Positions 8,685 through 17,546 of a stretch of DNA of 24,000 nt are shown here, one piece after another (the stretch's first letter is position 1; each line of letters starts with the position of its first letter). The notes below the pieces were generated by a model. That model saw only the letters and a list, made by a program, of their open reading frames with translations. It searched no databases and was not told the origin of the DNA. Origin of the DNA: Candidatus Scotarchaeum otlingeri (GTDB lineage: Archaea; Thermoproteota; Nitrososphaeria; Geothermarchaeales; JDFR-13); assembly GCA_002011075.2 (NCBI GenBank), contig MTMA02000006.1:69842-93841 (forward strand), written 5' to 3'. The position numbers and the translations under genes were made by a program.

Positions 8685-9533
8685 TTATTTAATAGTTATG
8701 CCGAGTAAAAACGCTAATAATCCGAATATCATACCTATAAATATATATTTCTTTACTATAATGCTATGGGTCTTAGATGGATTTCTGATTATAACAATAG
8801 TTGAATACATAAATAATACATCAGTTATTAATACCGGCGGCACATATAACACTCCAACCAAATCGTATATTACGGGTATTACACTAATAATCACAGATAT
8901 AATTATAAAAACGGAAGCCACAAAAGCTGCATACTTCAAACCATATTTGATAGCCACAGTTTCGATTTTCTTAGTACGATCACCCTCTATATCACTAATT
9001 CCTTTTATAATTTCTCTACCTAAATTGGCCAGAAAAGACATTATAGCGAATATGTAAAGTAATAGGTGAGCCGGATTTCCTGTTGCGAATCCGCCATATA
9101 TATAAGGGATAGCGACAGATAAACTTACAATTATATTACCGAGAAACCCAGTTTTCTTTAGTCTCCAGTTATATAGAACTCCTAAGAACCAAAAAAGTAG
9201 ACCTATAATAAAATTATATATCGATAACAGATATGCAAGATATACCCCTACTGTGGCGCACATTCCAGATAATATGTATGCCTCATTCAAAGCAACGATG
9301 CCTGATACTATCGGCCTATCTGGATTATTTATCCGATCAATTTCTATATCGAAAATATCGTTCAAAACCATAATAGATGCCGAGATAAAGAAACCGGATA
9401 AAAAGCCTAGTATAAGAAAAAAGCTATTAGGTACACCGGCTACACTTATCACTTCTCCTATGATGACCGCCACTCCTATAGCAATATCATTAGGCACCCT
9501 CATAAGGCGATATATGCCCAATATTTTTTTCAT
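8685..9533 (-). CDS. UbiA-family prenyltransferase, probably digeranylgeranylglyceryl phosphate synthase
   Basis: NDIFDIEIDRINNPDRPI and ISDIEGDRTKKIETVAIKYG motifs with about eight transmembrane helices. Archaeal membrane-lipid role inferred. Confidence 0.85.
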   Translation of the reverse strand: MKKILGIYRLMRVPNDIAIGVAVIIGEVISVAGVPNSFFLILGFLSGFFISASIMVLNDIFDIEIDRINNPDRPIVSGIVALNEAYILSGMCATVGVYLAYLLSIYNFIIGLLFWFLGVLYNWRLKKTGFLGNIIVSLSVAIPYIYGGFATGNPAHLLLYIFAIMSFLANLGREIIKGISDIEGDRTKKIETVAIKYGLKYAAFVASVFIIISVIISVIPVIYDLVGVLYVPPVLITDVLFMYSTIVIIRNPSKTHSIIVKKYIFIGMIFGLLAFLLGITIK

Positions 9534-9598
9534 TGTGCCTTATTACCTCTTTATAATTATCATATAATTAAATATATTTTATAATGATAAGCAATTGA

Positions 9599-10126
9599 TT
9601 ACTCGCCTTTTTTTCTGTTAATAATACCCTTAAAAAAAGAAAGAGAGTAATAGACAATTTCTCCCCTTCTCTCTATTACGGCTATCTTCAATTCTTTTTT
9701 ACTTAACAACGAGTTATTTAATTCGTTTATAAGCGTATCTATTTTTATGGGTCTACCTTCATCTATTCCAACAACTCTAATCTTAGCCGGCTTATCCGGA
9801 TAATCTCCCCTATCATACACTAATAGATCAATCCCCCTTCCATATCCCATAGTTACTACATATCCTCTATCCATAAGATCTCTATATATAAGGAATTTAG
9901 GAAAAATATCTTTATCTCGCTTTGAAAATCGCTTTAGTAATTTATCGAAATCGAGAAGTTGCCCAGCTTTATCAATTACAGATATCCTATTCTTATCCAC
10001 CAAATATAATGTTTCAAGCGGATTCAATTCTATCTTTCTTTTCTTATGAGTTCCAATGCTAGGAACTTTCATATTTTTTTCCTTTTTAATAATAGCCTTA
10101 TAACCTATTAGACGTGCCGTTATCAA
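9599..10126 (-). CDS. endA: tRNA-splicing endonuclease (EndA) family protein, probable non-catalytic structural subunit
   Basis: LETLYLVDKNRI, FPKFLIYRDLMDRGYVVTMGYGRGIDLLVYDRGDYP, LKIAVIERRGEIVYYSL. The catalytic His expected in the region after the LVY tyrosine is not evident. Confidence 0.78.
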   Translation of the reverse strand: MITARLIGYKAIIKKEKNMKVPSIGTHKKRKIELNPLETLYLVDKNRISVIDKAGQLLDFDKLLKRFSKRDKDIFPKFLIYRDLMDRGYVVTMGYGRGIDLLVYDRGDYPDKPAKIRVVGIDEGRPIKIDTLINELNNSLLSKKELKIAVIERRGEIVYYSLSFFKGIINRKKGE

Positions 10127-10284
10127 TTCTTTCTTCCACCTTCTCTTAATAGATTACTAGTACTAAGAAACTCTTATGTTTTAACCATATTTACCATATA
10201 AGATATAACAATCGAAAGAATCACATATTGTTATTTATCACTTATACTTATCGTTATAATTCTCTAAGACAATATAAATATACT

Positions 10285-11304
10285 ATGGTGCTCAGAAGTA
10301 TAGATTGGAAAGATGGAAAAATATTAATAATTGACCAGACATGCTTACCGAATCAATTGGTATATAAAGAACTTAACACACTGGAAGCTGTTGCCGAAGC
10401 TATTGTTAATATGAGGGTACGTGGAGCTCCATTAATAGGTATTACGGCTGCGTTAGGCATGGCTTTAGTAGCATATAAAGCTAAGAACAAGTCTCGTGAA
10501 GAAATACTACGTATACTAAAAGAAGCATATAATATACTGCTCAACACGCGTCCGACAGCTGTCAATCTAAGATGGGCATTGAAAAGGGTTCTTGAAACAG
10601 CAGAAAATAGCAAAGAAGACGTGTCAAAAGCTGTCATAAACTTAGCAGTAGAAATGATGAACGCAGATATCGAGATAAATAGGAAGATGGCTGCAGTGGG
10701 TCAGAATATAATTAATAATGGAGATGTAATTTTGACTCACTGTAATACTGGCTCATTAGCCACAGTATCGGTAGGAACAGCGCTAGGCGTTATTATAGAA
10801 GCCTTTAATAGAGGTAAGAAAATTATGGTATATGCAACCGAAACAAGGCCATTATTACAAGGTGCTCGTTTAACTATGTTTGAGTTGATTCATGAAGGTG
10901 TAGATTCAACATTAATAACAGATAATGCTGTGGCTCATGCTATAAAAGAGAAGGGTATAACAAAGGTTTTGGTGGGCGCCGATAGGATTCTGAGTGATGG
11001 GACCACATTCAATAAAATAGGTACTCTGCAACTAGCTATATTAGCTAATCACTTCAAAATACCATTTTATGTTGTAGCTCCAACATCAACAATCGATATG
11101 GAAAGCAGTAGAGAAGATGTGATAATCGAGGAAAGAGATCCCAACGAGATACGTAAAATTGGAGATACATACATATCTCCCAAAGATGCTAAGGTCTATA
11201 ATCCTGCTTTTGATGAAACACCTCCAGAACTAATCACGGGAATTATAACTGAAAAGGGCATAATAACGCCGCCTTATAAATATAATATCAAAAAGATAAT
11301 GTAG
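10285..11304 (+). CDS. mtnA: S-methyl-5-thioribose-1-phosphate isomerase family (aIF2B-like)
   Basis: RVRGAPLIGITAALGMAL, ILTHCNTGSLATVSVGTALGVI, ATETRPLLQGARLTMFEL, ITDNAVAHAI, VGADRILSDGTTFNKIGTLQLAILA. The ATG at 10285 is preferred over the track start at 10228. Confidence 0.9.
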   Translation: MVLRSIDWKDGKILIIDQTCLPNQLVYKELNTLEAVAEAIVNMRVRGAPLIGITAALGMALVAYKAKNKSREEILRILKEAYNILLNTRPTAVNLRWALKRVLETAENSKEDVSKAVINLAVEMMNADIEINRKMAAVGQNIINNGDVILTHCNTGSLATVSVGTALGVIIEAFNRGKKIMVYATETRPLLQGARLTMFELIHEGVDSTLITDNAVAHAIKEKGITKVLVGADRILSDGTTFNKIGTLQLAILANHFKIPFYVVAPTSTIDMESSREDVIIEERDPNEIRKIGDTYISPKDAKVYNPAFDETPPELITGIITEKGIITPPYKYNIKKIM

Positions 11305-11361
11305 CAAAAATAGTAGCTGGCTTAATAATGCTTTAAAGATACAGCATACTAACGATTCAAC

Positions 11362-11910
11362 CTATCTTTTCGATAAAGTATATAAGTAGAAGATTTCTGC
11401 CGCGTGTTCACTTAATTCGAGTAATCGATAACAGTCCTCAAAGGTTTTTCCATGAATATATACTCCGTGACTCTTTTCGATTATTACATTATTTTCTATA
11501 GAATATCTTCCAATATCTTTATGAACGGCAAAATGATCTCCCTTGACAATTGGGATTTTACCTAGATAATACCTAGATTCAAAATCTATAGGTTCAAAAT
11601 AATTTTCTTGGTATATTGATAACGAGATAATATACTTTGGATGTGCATGTATTACTACATTACTATCTGTATTCAAATATATTTCTCTATGTATGTGATA
11701 ATCAATGGATGCTTCTGCGTCTTCTTTTCTTTCAATATTAACAGTAACTATATCATTAGAGGTGAGATTTTCCATACTAACTCCACTTCTCTTAATATAG
11801 ATAACATCTCCTGAACGCGCACTTATATTGCCTCCCTTGGCTACCACATATCCATCTCGATATATCTTTTTAGCCCAGTATAATAGGTCTGAGATCAGTT
11901 TTCTATCCAT
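11362..11910 (-). CDS. Class II aldolase/adducin family protein (fuculose-1-phosphate aldolase-like)
   Basis: GYVVAKGGNISAR, YHIHREIY, VVIHAHPKY and KSHGVYIHGKTFEDCYRLLELSEHAAEI retain the expected His metal ligands. Confidence 0.85.
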   Translation of the reverse strand: MDRKLISDLLYWAKKIYRDGYVVAKGGNISARSGDVIYIKRSGVSMENLTSNDIVTVNIERKEDAEASIDYHIHREIYLNTDSNVVIHAHPKYIISLSIYQENYFEPIDFESRYYLGKIPIVKGDHFAVHKDIGRYSIENNVIIEKSHGVYIHGKTFEDCYRLLELSEHAAEIFYLYTLSKR

Positions 11911-12020
11911 CCTTATTTCCCTCCATGAATAATTAAAACATACAGTATCATGTCCAATACTAAAAATGCTGTGCTTTTGTATATGTTTATAAAAATCTTG
12001 ATTTGACAGGATATTGGTAT

Positions 12021-12371
12021 ATGAGCAATAAATTATATCTTGGTTCCGATGAGTATAAATTGTCTAGCAGAAAATATCAAGCGTATCTAACGTGTCTTCA
12101 TAATAATAAAATCATATATGGCTATGTTATTATAACCAATAGGCGTATTTTCTTTTTCAAAAGACATTTTCTTAGAAAGCACGAGTTATCATATATTTTT
12201 AGTCTTCACCAAATCGTTAATATGCGTGTTAAAGGACGGTTTATGAAATCACTCGAGATACAAATATACTATCAAGGGAGAAACATATCTCTAGTTGTAG
12301 AAGAAGGAGATAAGATCTATAAAGTGTTGGAAGCAGCGATACAGACTGCAAGGGAAACACCATTTATGTAG
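12021..12371 (+). CDS. Small protein, possible bacterial-PH/GRAM-like domain
   Basis: Beta-rich pattern with GYVIITNRRIFFFKRH...LEIQIYYQGRNISLVVEEGDKIYKVLEAAIQ. ATG at 12021. Confidence 0.5.
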   Translation: MSNKLYLGSDEYKLSSRKYQAYLTCLHNNKIIYGYVIITNRRIFFFKRHFLRKHELSYIFSLHQIVNMRVKGRFMKSLEIQIYYQGRNISLVVEEGDKIYKVLEAAIQTARETPFM

Positions 12372-12450
12372 TAATGCAATTTGTATATAGTTTGGTATAA
12401 TGCCATATATCCAAAAATTAATTTATCCATAAGACTTATTCTTAGTAATA

Positions 12451-12675
12451 ATGAGACATATAAAAGTGATTAAAACAGACAAGACACAGCGGGTATCAAA
12501 AGACATAACAGCCAAGCTAAAAGAGTTAAGATTGCTTAATAGAGTCAAATTCATGAAGAAGGAGTTAATATTATGTCCTATGATAGATCAGGAGAGATCA
12601 CCTATGTACTGCATGTTATGTGAATATTTCTCGCGAAGGATAAAAGGCATAATATACTGTAAATACCCTGAATAA
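12451..12675 (+). CDS. Small Cys-containing protein of unknown function (74 aa)
   Basis: ATG start; four Cys in C-x11-C-x2-C-x12-C (CPMIDQERSPMYCMLCEYFSRRIKGIIYCKYPE). Confidence 0.55.
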   Translation: MRHIKVIKTDKTQRVSKDITAKLKELRLLNRVKFMKKELILCPMIDQERSPMYCMLCEYFSRRIKGIIYCKYPE

Positions 12676-12742
12676 TCTCCTATCAAATAAAATATAATGA
12701 AAGAAAAAAGTTTTTCTTTATGAATATATATCCTTGATGGGT

Positions 12743-12851
12743 GCGGCCGTAGCCTAGCCAGGATAAAAAGAGTTTCCTATAGGCACCGGCCTTCGGTTCA
12801 ATAAGAGATGAAAGCCGGGGATCGTGGGTTCAACTCCCACCGGCCGCGCCA
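12743..12851 (+). tRNA. tRNA-Arg(TCG) with probable D-arm intron and canonical 37/38 intron; 3' CCA encoded
   Basis: GCGGCCG pairs with CGGCCGC (12841-12847), then G73 and CCA. T arm GTGGG-TTCAACT-CCCAC. D stem GCCT/AGGC is interrupted by about 15 nt (~12766-12780). Anticodon arm CCGGC-CTTCGG-[16 nt, ~12797-12812]-A-GCCGG. Confidence 0.87.
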
Positions 12852-13063
12852 ATAGCCGATACTTCTAATTTCTAGCTAACATCCGATTTATCATTTACTT
12901 CAATTATCCATTGCATATTAAAAATAATTTCGCTTAGAAATTTCTCTATCGATAAGAAATATAAAACTAATTCGACGATCCCTGGTATATGCATATCGAA
13001 GTTTATTAGCAACTATACATATTATTTTGAACAATAGCATTATTCTATTTAAGGAGATCCCCG

Positions 13064-14428
13064 ATGACAAAGTTATTCGGCACCTCAGGGATTAGAGGCG
13101 TTTTCAAAGATGATATAGATCCGTCTTTCGCTATTCACTTATCATTAGCTATAACTAAGGTCTTTAAGCCTCATCATGCTATTATAGGTTGGGACTGCAG
13201 AACATCTTCAGAACCTCTAGCGTTTTCATTAATATCAGGGTTTTTGGCTGGAGGGGTTAATGTAGACATCGCAGGCCTCGTGTCGACACCTTCCTTCCAA
13301 AAATACATTACTGACAATCCCGGTAAATATTCTGTAGGCGTAATGGTAACAGCAAGTCACAACCCCCCAGAATATAATGGATTTAAGGTGTACTATGGAG
13401 ACGGATTAGAAATATATCCTGAGGATGAAGACAAAATAGAGTCTTCATTATATAACAAAGATTATTCAATAAGTGATTGGAGACGCCTAGGATCTACAAC
13501 GGATGTTAGGAATCGCGTCTTAGAAAATTACATCTCTAGTTTAGTAAAGGCTTCTTCTATATCATCTAATGAATATACCATTGCTATAGATTTATGTGGG
13601 TGCTCTTCGATACTAACAATCCCGCCTACTCTGGATAGGCTAAAGATATCCTATAAAGCTATAAATGATAAGATAGACGGTTTCTTTACTCAAAGGCTCC
13701 CTGAACCCAAGCCCGATACAATATATAATTTAATAAAACTAGTTAAAATCTCGAAGGTAAACTTCGGTGTAGCATTCGACGGAGATGGCGACCGATCCAT
13801 ATTTATAGATGAAAAAGGAGTTCCATGGTGGGGAGATGCCACAGGCATATTAATTGGTAAATATCTTATTGAGATAGGTGAAACCGACAGTATAGTTACC
13901 CCTATAACATCAACCGCTGCTACAGAGATGGTTATTGAATCATTAGGTGGAAAGGTAATTAGAACAAGAGTTGGAGGTAAAAATATAGTCAAAGCTATGA
14001 TTAATTATGGAAGTAAGTGGGGCTTTGAGGAAAACGGAGGAGGAATATATGGACCTCACCTCTATGGACGCGATGGTGGTATAACTCTAATCTTGATAAT
14101 GAATGTACTGCAGCATTACAATAAGCCCCTATCTCAATTACTAGAGGATATACCTAAATTATTCCAATTAAAAGAAAAAGTATCTATAAAAAATCGTTTG
14201 ATAATCCCTGATTTATTAGAGCATTTCTCGAACTATTATTCGAAGTATAAGATAGATAGAACAGAAGGCGTTAAAGTCTTCTTCAAAGACGATGAATGGG
14301 TGCTGATTAGACCCAGCGGAACAGAACCTATAATAAGGGTCTTTGCCGAATCTCCCAACTATAAACGAGCAAAGGATATATTAAATGATACACTCAAAGA
14401 GATAAAAGACTTCTTAAAGAGTAAATGA
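13064..14428 (+). CDS. Phosphoglucomutase/phosphomannomutase/phosphoglucosamine mutase family protein
   Basis: KLFGTSGIRG, VMVTASHNPPEYNGFKVYYGDG, FDGDGDRSIFID, EENGGGIYGPH, IRPSGTEPIIRVFAES. Strong AAGGAG ribosome-binding site. Confidence 0.93.
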   Translation: MTKLFGTSGIRGVFKDDIDPSFAIHLSLAITKVFKPHHAIIGWDCRTSSEPLAFSLISGFLAGGVNVDIAGLVSTPSFQKYITDNPGKYSVGVMVTASHNPPEYNGFKVYYGDGLEIYPEDEDKIESSLYNKDYSISDWRRLGSTTDVRNRVLENYISSLVKASSISSNEYTIAIDLCGCSSILTIPPTLDRLKISYKAINDKIDGFFTQRLPEPKPDTIYNLIKLVKISKVNFGVAFDGDGDRSIFIDEKGVPWWGDATGILIGKYLIEIGETDSIVTPITSTAATEMVIESLGGKVIRTRVGGKNIVKAMINYGSKWGFEENGGGIYGPHLYGRDGGITLILIMNVLQHYNKPLSQLLEDIPKLFQLKEKVSIKNRLIIPDLLEHFSNYYSKYKIDRTEGVKVFFKDDEWVLIRPSGTEPIIRVFAESPNYKRAKDILNDTLKEIKDFLKSK

Positions 14429-15361
14429 GTCCCATCCAATTTTTTGTAATGGCACGATCTCTCCATTGACTTTATAATACACTCCTTTCCCCTCATACAC
14501 CTTTCCTATTCTAATAAAATCATAACCAAATTGCTTAGACAACTTCTCAAACTCAACCCACCTTTCATTTTTTATTATTAAAATAGATATATACTCCTCT
14601 CCCCCATAGAAAACATAATCTATGGTTTTCTCAGTATTATCAAATAGACTTTCTAGACCCGGATAAACTGGTATATTATCAACAATAATTTTTATATTAT
14701 TAGGCTCCGCTAAGTCAAACAGGCTCATTGCCAATCCATCACTAGAGTCTATAGATGCATTGACGAATCCCTTGTTTATAGCCCACAATATTTTAGGATA
14801 ATCAATAACGGGGCGTAAAAACCTTTTTTTCGCTTCTTCAGTTATTTTGCTATCTCCTATATCTACACCTAATAACATATCTAACCCTAGCTTTTCAAGC
14901 CCGAAATAATCGGATACGACTATGTAATCTCCGGCTCTCGCGCCTATACGTCCCACAAAATTCTCTGCTATACCTACCGAACTAATAGTTATAATTAAAT
15001 CTTGACCTCTATTTATATCACCCTTACCTATAGCGGTATTGAAAAATTTAGAGGCATCTTTAATGCCTCTTGATAGTTCTGTAAGTTCCTTCATATTGGT
15101 TTTCTTGGGTATCACAAGAGAAAAGGAAATGTAAATCGGGGCGCCTCCCTTACATATCAAGTCACTTATAGAACTTACTACAGCTTTCCACCCTGCACTA
15201 TAATGATCCATACCTACGGGCATATCTGTACTTCCAACAAAAGAGTCTATAGATTCGATTATATTGTTATAACCTATTTTCTCCGCATCATCAGCAGTCC
15301 AGTGAGCGGTAAACAAAACCTTAGATAATTTTTTTATTATTTCTCTCTCTTTATTCATCAA
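14414..15361 (-). CDS. thiL: Thiamine-monophosphate kinase (ThiL/PurM-like)
   Basis: DDAEKIG, STDMPVGMDHYSAGWKAVVSSISDLICKGGAP, SIDSSDGLAMSLFDLA, YGGEEY. Confidence 0.8.
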   Translation of the reverse strand: MMNKEREIIKKLSKVLFTAHWTADDAEKIGYNNIIESIDSFVGSTDMPVGMDHYSAGWKAVVSSISDLICKGGAPIYISFSLVIPKKTNMKELTELSRGIKDASKFFNTAIGKGDINRGQDLIITISSVGIAENFVGRIGARAGDYIVVSDYFGLEKLGLDMLLGVDIGDSKITEEAKKRFLRPVIDYPKILWAINKGFVNASIDSSDGLAMSLFDLAEPNNIKIIVDNIPVYPGLESLFDNTEKTIDYVFYGGEEYISILIIKNERWVEFEKLSKQFGYDFIRIGKVYEGKGVYYKVNGEIVPLQKIGWDSFTL

Positions 15362-15689
15362 GTAATTATTTTCTTAAATTTATTATATAATATGATAGAA
15401 ATCCCGCTATCAAATACACATCTACAATAAGCTGGGTTTTACTAGACTAACGTTGTTGAGGCATATTAAGACATTAACATAAATTATGAAGGATATATAT
15501 TTTTATAATATTTATTTATATCATAAAGGTTTCAGAGATGTAAAAAATAATTTATTCCTATCTGTTTATTCCTTGAAATATAGCTTCAAGGTGGCAATAA
15601 AATATTCACTGTTTGGATTTAAAACTGGCCTAATATTAGTAGACCTACATGAAAGTAGGTGTTTAATAAAGTTTAGGTGTAAAACCGAT

Positions 15690-16196
15690 ATGAAAATTAG
15701 TCGTAGAGATGCATTAAAGTCATTAGCTGCCTTATCAGGAACTTTAGCCCTTACCCCATTTTTACCCATAGGAGATTTTTTGATACAAAGCACCACCTTT
15801 AATATCCAGCGTCAAAGAATAGCTAATATTAAAGATATACCTTTCAATTCTCGATTGATATTTACATATCCAATAACTGGGAATACTGAACGAGATAATG
15901 ACCCATTTAGAAAATTTGTGTTAATCAGATTACCAAACGGTCAGTTTAAAGCATACAGCACCGTATGTCTCCATCTATGGTGTCTTGTTGACTATAAAAC
16001 AGAGCGGCAACAGATCGAATGTCCATGTCATGGCAGCATTTATGATCCTAATACAGGCATTGCGATAAGAGGACCTGCTGCTCTACAACCAAATAAAACT
16101 CTGCCTGAGGTCAAGCTGGAGATAGATGAGAAAGGAGATATATATGCAAATGGAATAATAGGGGTCATAGGTTATGGAAAAGAAGGGTCTAAGTAG
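15690..16196 (+). CDS. Rieske 2Fe-2S protein with Tat-like signal
   Basis: MKISRRDALKSLAALSGTLAL Tat-like signal and Rieske motifs CLHLWC...CPCHGSIYDPNTG. The track ORF begins at 15486, but the signal sequence starts at ATG 15690. Confidence 0.9.
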   Translation: MKISRRDALKSLAALSGTLALTPFLPIGDFLIQSTTFNIQRQRIANIKDIPFNSRLIFTYPITGNTERDNDPFRKFVLIRLPNGQFKAYSTVCLHLWCLVDYKTERQQIECPCHGSIYDPNTGIAIRGPAALQPNKTLPEVKLEIDEKGDIYANGIIGVIGYGKEGSK

Positions 16197-17541
16197 ACGC
16201 TTGCTCAACCGATTGGCCGATATATATGATTGGCTATTGAATCGTTTAGAGCGGACAATATTAATGGGCATACGGTTTGTACTGCCTAAGAAGATCTTAA
16301 GTCCTCATGGATTTTTAGGAATGTTAACTTTTGTAACATTTATAATTCTCGGTATAACCGGCGCATTATTAATGTTTTATTACAAACCTTCTTTGACATC
16401 TGCTTATGAAAGCGTTAGATTAATTAATGAAGATATTGCTTTCGGGATGATAATTAGGAATATTCATTATCACGCATCTAACGCTATGATTTTTCTTGCT
16501 ATTTATCACATGTTTTATCAATTCTTCGCTGGCAGATACAAGATTAGAAATGAAGTGATTTGGATAACAGGTGTAATCCTTGGAGTACTGACAATAATAG
16601 AAGCATATACTGGATATGATTTAATAATGAATGAACGAGCTGTACTAGCTATCAACATAGGCGCATCATTAACAAGCTCTATTCCTGTCGCAGGGCAATT
16701 TTTAGCCAGTATATTAATAGGATCTGGTTTTTCTGATATATTGATACATTATTATGCTTTTCATGTCTTTATTATACCGCTAATAATGCTTTTACTAATT
16801 ACTATCCATTTTCCACGTAACTTAATACTTGACATGCCTATGATAGCCATAATATCGGGAGCTATAATAATAGTTGGCGGCATAACTCCAGTATCCCTTG
16901 GAACTAAATTTGACCCGAATATTCCTCCGGGAATTACCGTGCCAGAATGGTATTTAACTGGACTTTACGCTTTTATCAGGACAGGTATAGATAAATTTAT
17001 CGCAGGTGTATTATTACCAACATTACTCGTAATAATATTTCTAATTATTCCATTTATCGATAGAGGACCCAAGTTATCGTGGGCTGAGCGTCCATTTGCG
17101 ACTGGATTAGGTATAGCTGGGTTAGGACAGATTATAATAACTACTGTATGGGGGTTCTATATAAATCCCGATCCTACTTTAGATTTAGCGGAAAGGTTAA
17201 TGATAGATCCATTTCTATTTTATGGAGCCCTCGCTATAATTACAGCCGCCGCATTTGGATTTACATATGGATATCATATATGGGTTTTACCTAAACGAAA
17301 AAACTATTCCGAAAAAAGTAAATCGAATATAAAACAATGGAACTTGAAGATAGAGGGAAAAAGACTACTACTGTCAATAATTGGACTATTAGGGGCTCAA
17401 TTTATAATTGACATAATGGGATTACAAATGTATATGTCGGGACATGCGGATAAAGCAATGATATGGATAGGCGCGTCGTTAATAATATTTGCGATTATAC
17501 TGCATATAATGAGAAGCGGGATTGAAGATGATAAAGGGTGA
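16174..17541 (+). CDS. Cytochrome b (b6-type heme spacing) of a Rieske/cyt b complex
   Basis: Helix B RNIHYHASNAMIFLAIYH, helix D FHVFIIPLIMLLLITIH, Qo-site PEWY (VPEWYLTGLYAFIRTG), multiple transmembrane segments. Confidence 0.92.
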   Translation: MEKKGLSRRLLNRLADIYDWLLNRLERTILMGIRFVLPKKILSPHGFLGMLTFVTFIILGITGALLMFYYKPSLTSAYESVRLINEDIAFGMIIRNIHYHASNAMIFLAIYHMFYQFFAGRYKIRNEVIWITGVILGVLTIIEAYTGYDLIMNERAVLAINIGASLTSSIPVAGQFLASILIGSGFSDILIHYYAFHVFIIPLIMLLLITIHFPRNLILDMPMIAIISGAIIIVGGITPVSLGTKFDPNIPPGITVPEWYLTGLYAFIRTGIDKFIAGVLLPTLLVIIFLIIPFIDRGPKLSWAERPFATGLGIAGLGQIIITTVWGFYINPDPTLDLAERLMIDPFLFYGALAIITAAAFGFTYGYHIWVLPKRKNYSEKSKSNIKQWNLKIEGKRLLLSIIGLLGAQFIIDIMGLQMYMSGHADKAMIWIGASLIIFAIILHIMRSGIEDDKG

Positions 17542-17546
17542 AAGTT

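Noticed and set aside
8698-9567. Plus-strand ORFs of 119 and 104 aa antisense to the UbiA-family gene
   Set aside because: They overlap a well-supported coding region and have no recognisable motifs.
15486-15689. N-terminal extension of the Rieske ORF (68 aa from the track start)
   Set aside because: A clear Tat-like signal (MKISRRDALK...) starts at ATG 15690. The upstream in-frame stretch looks like translated non-coding DNA.
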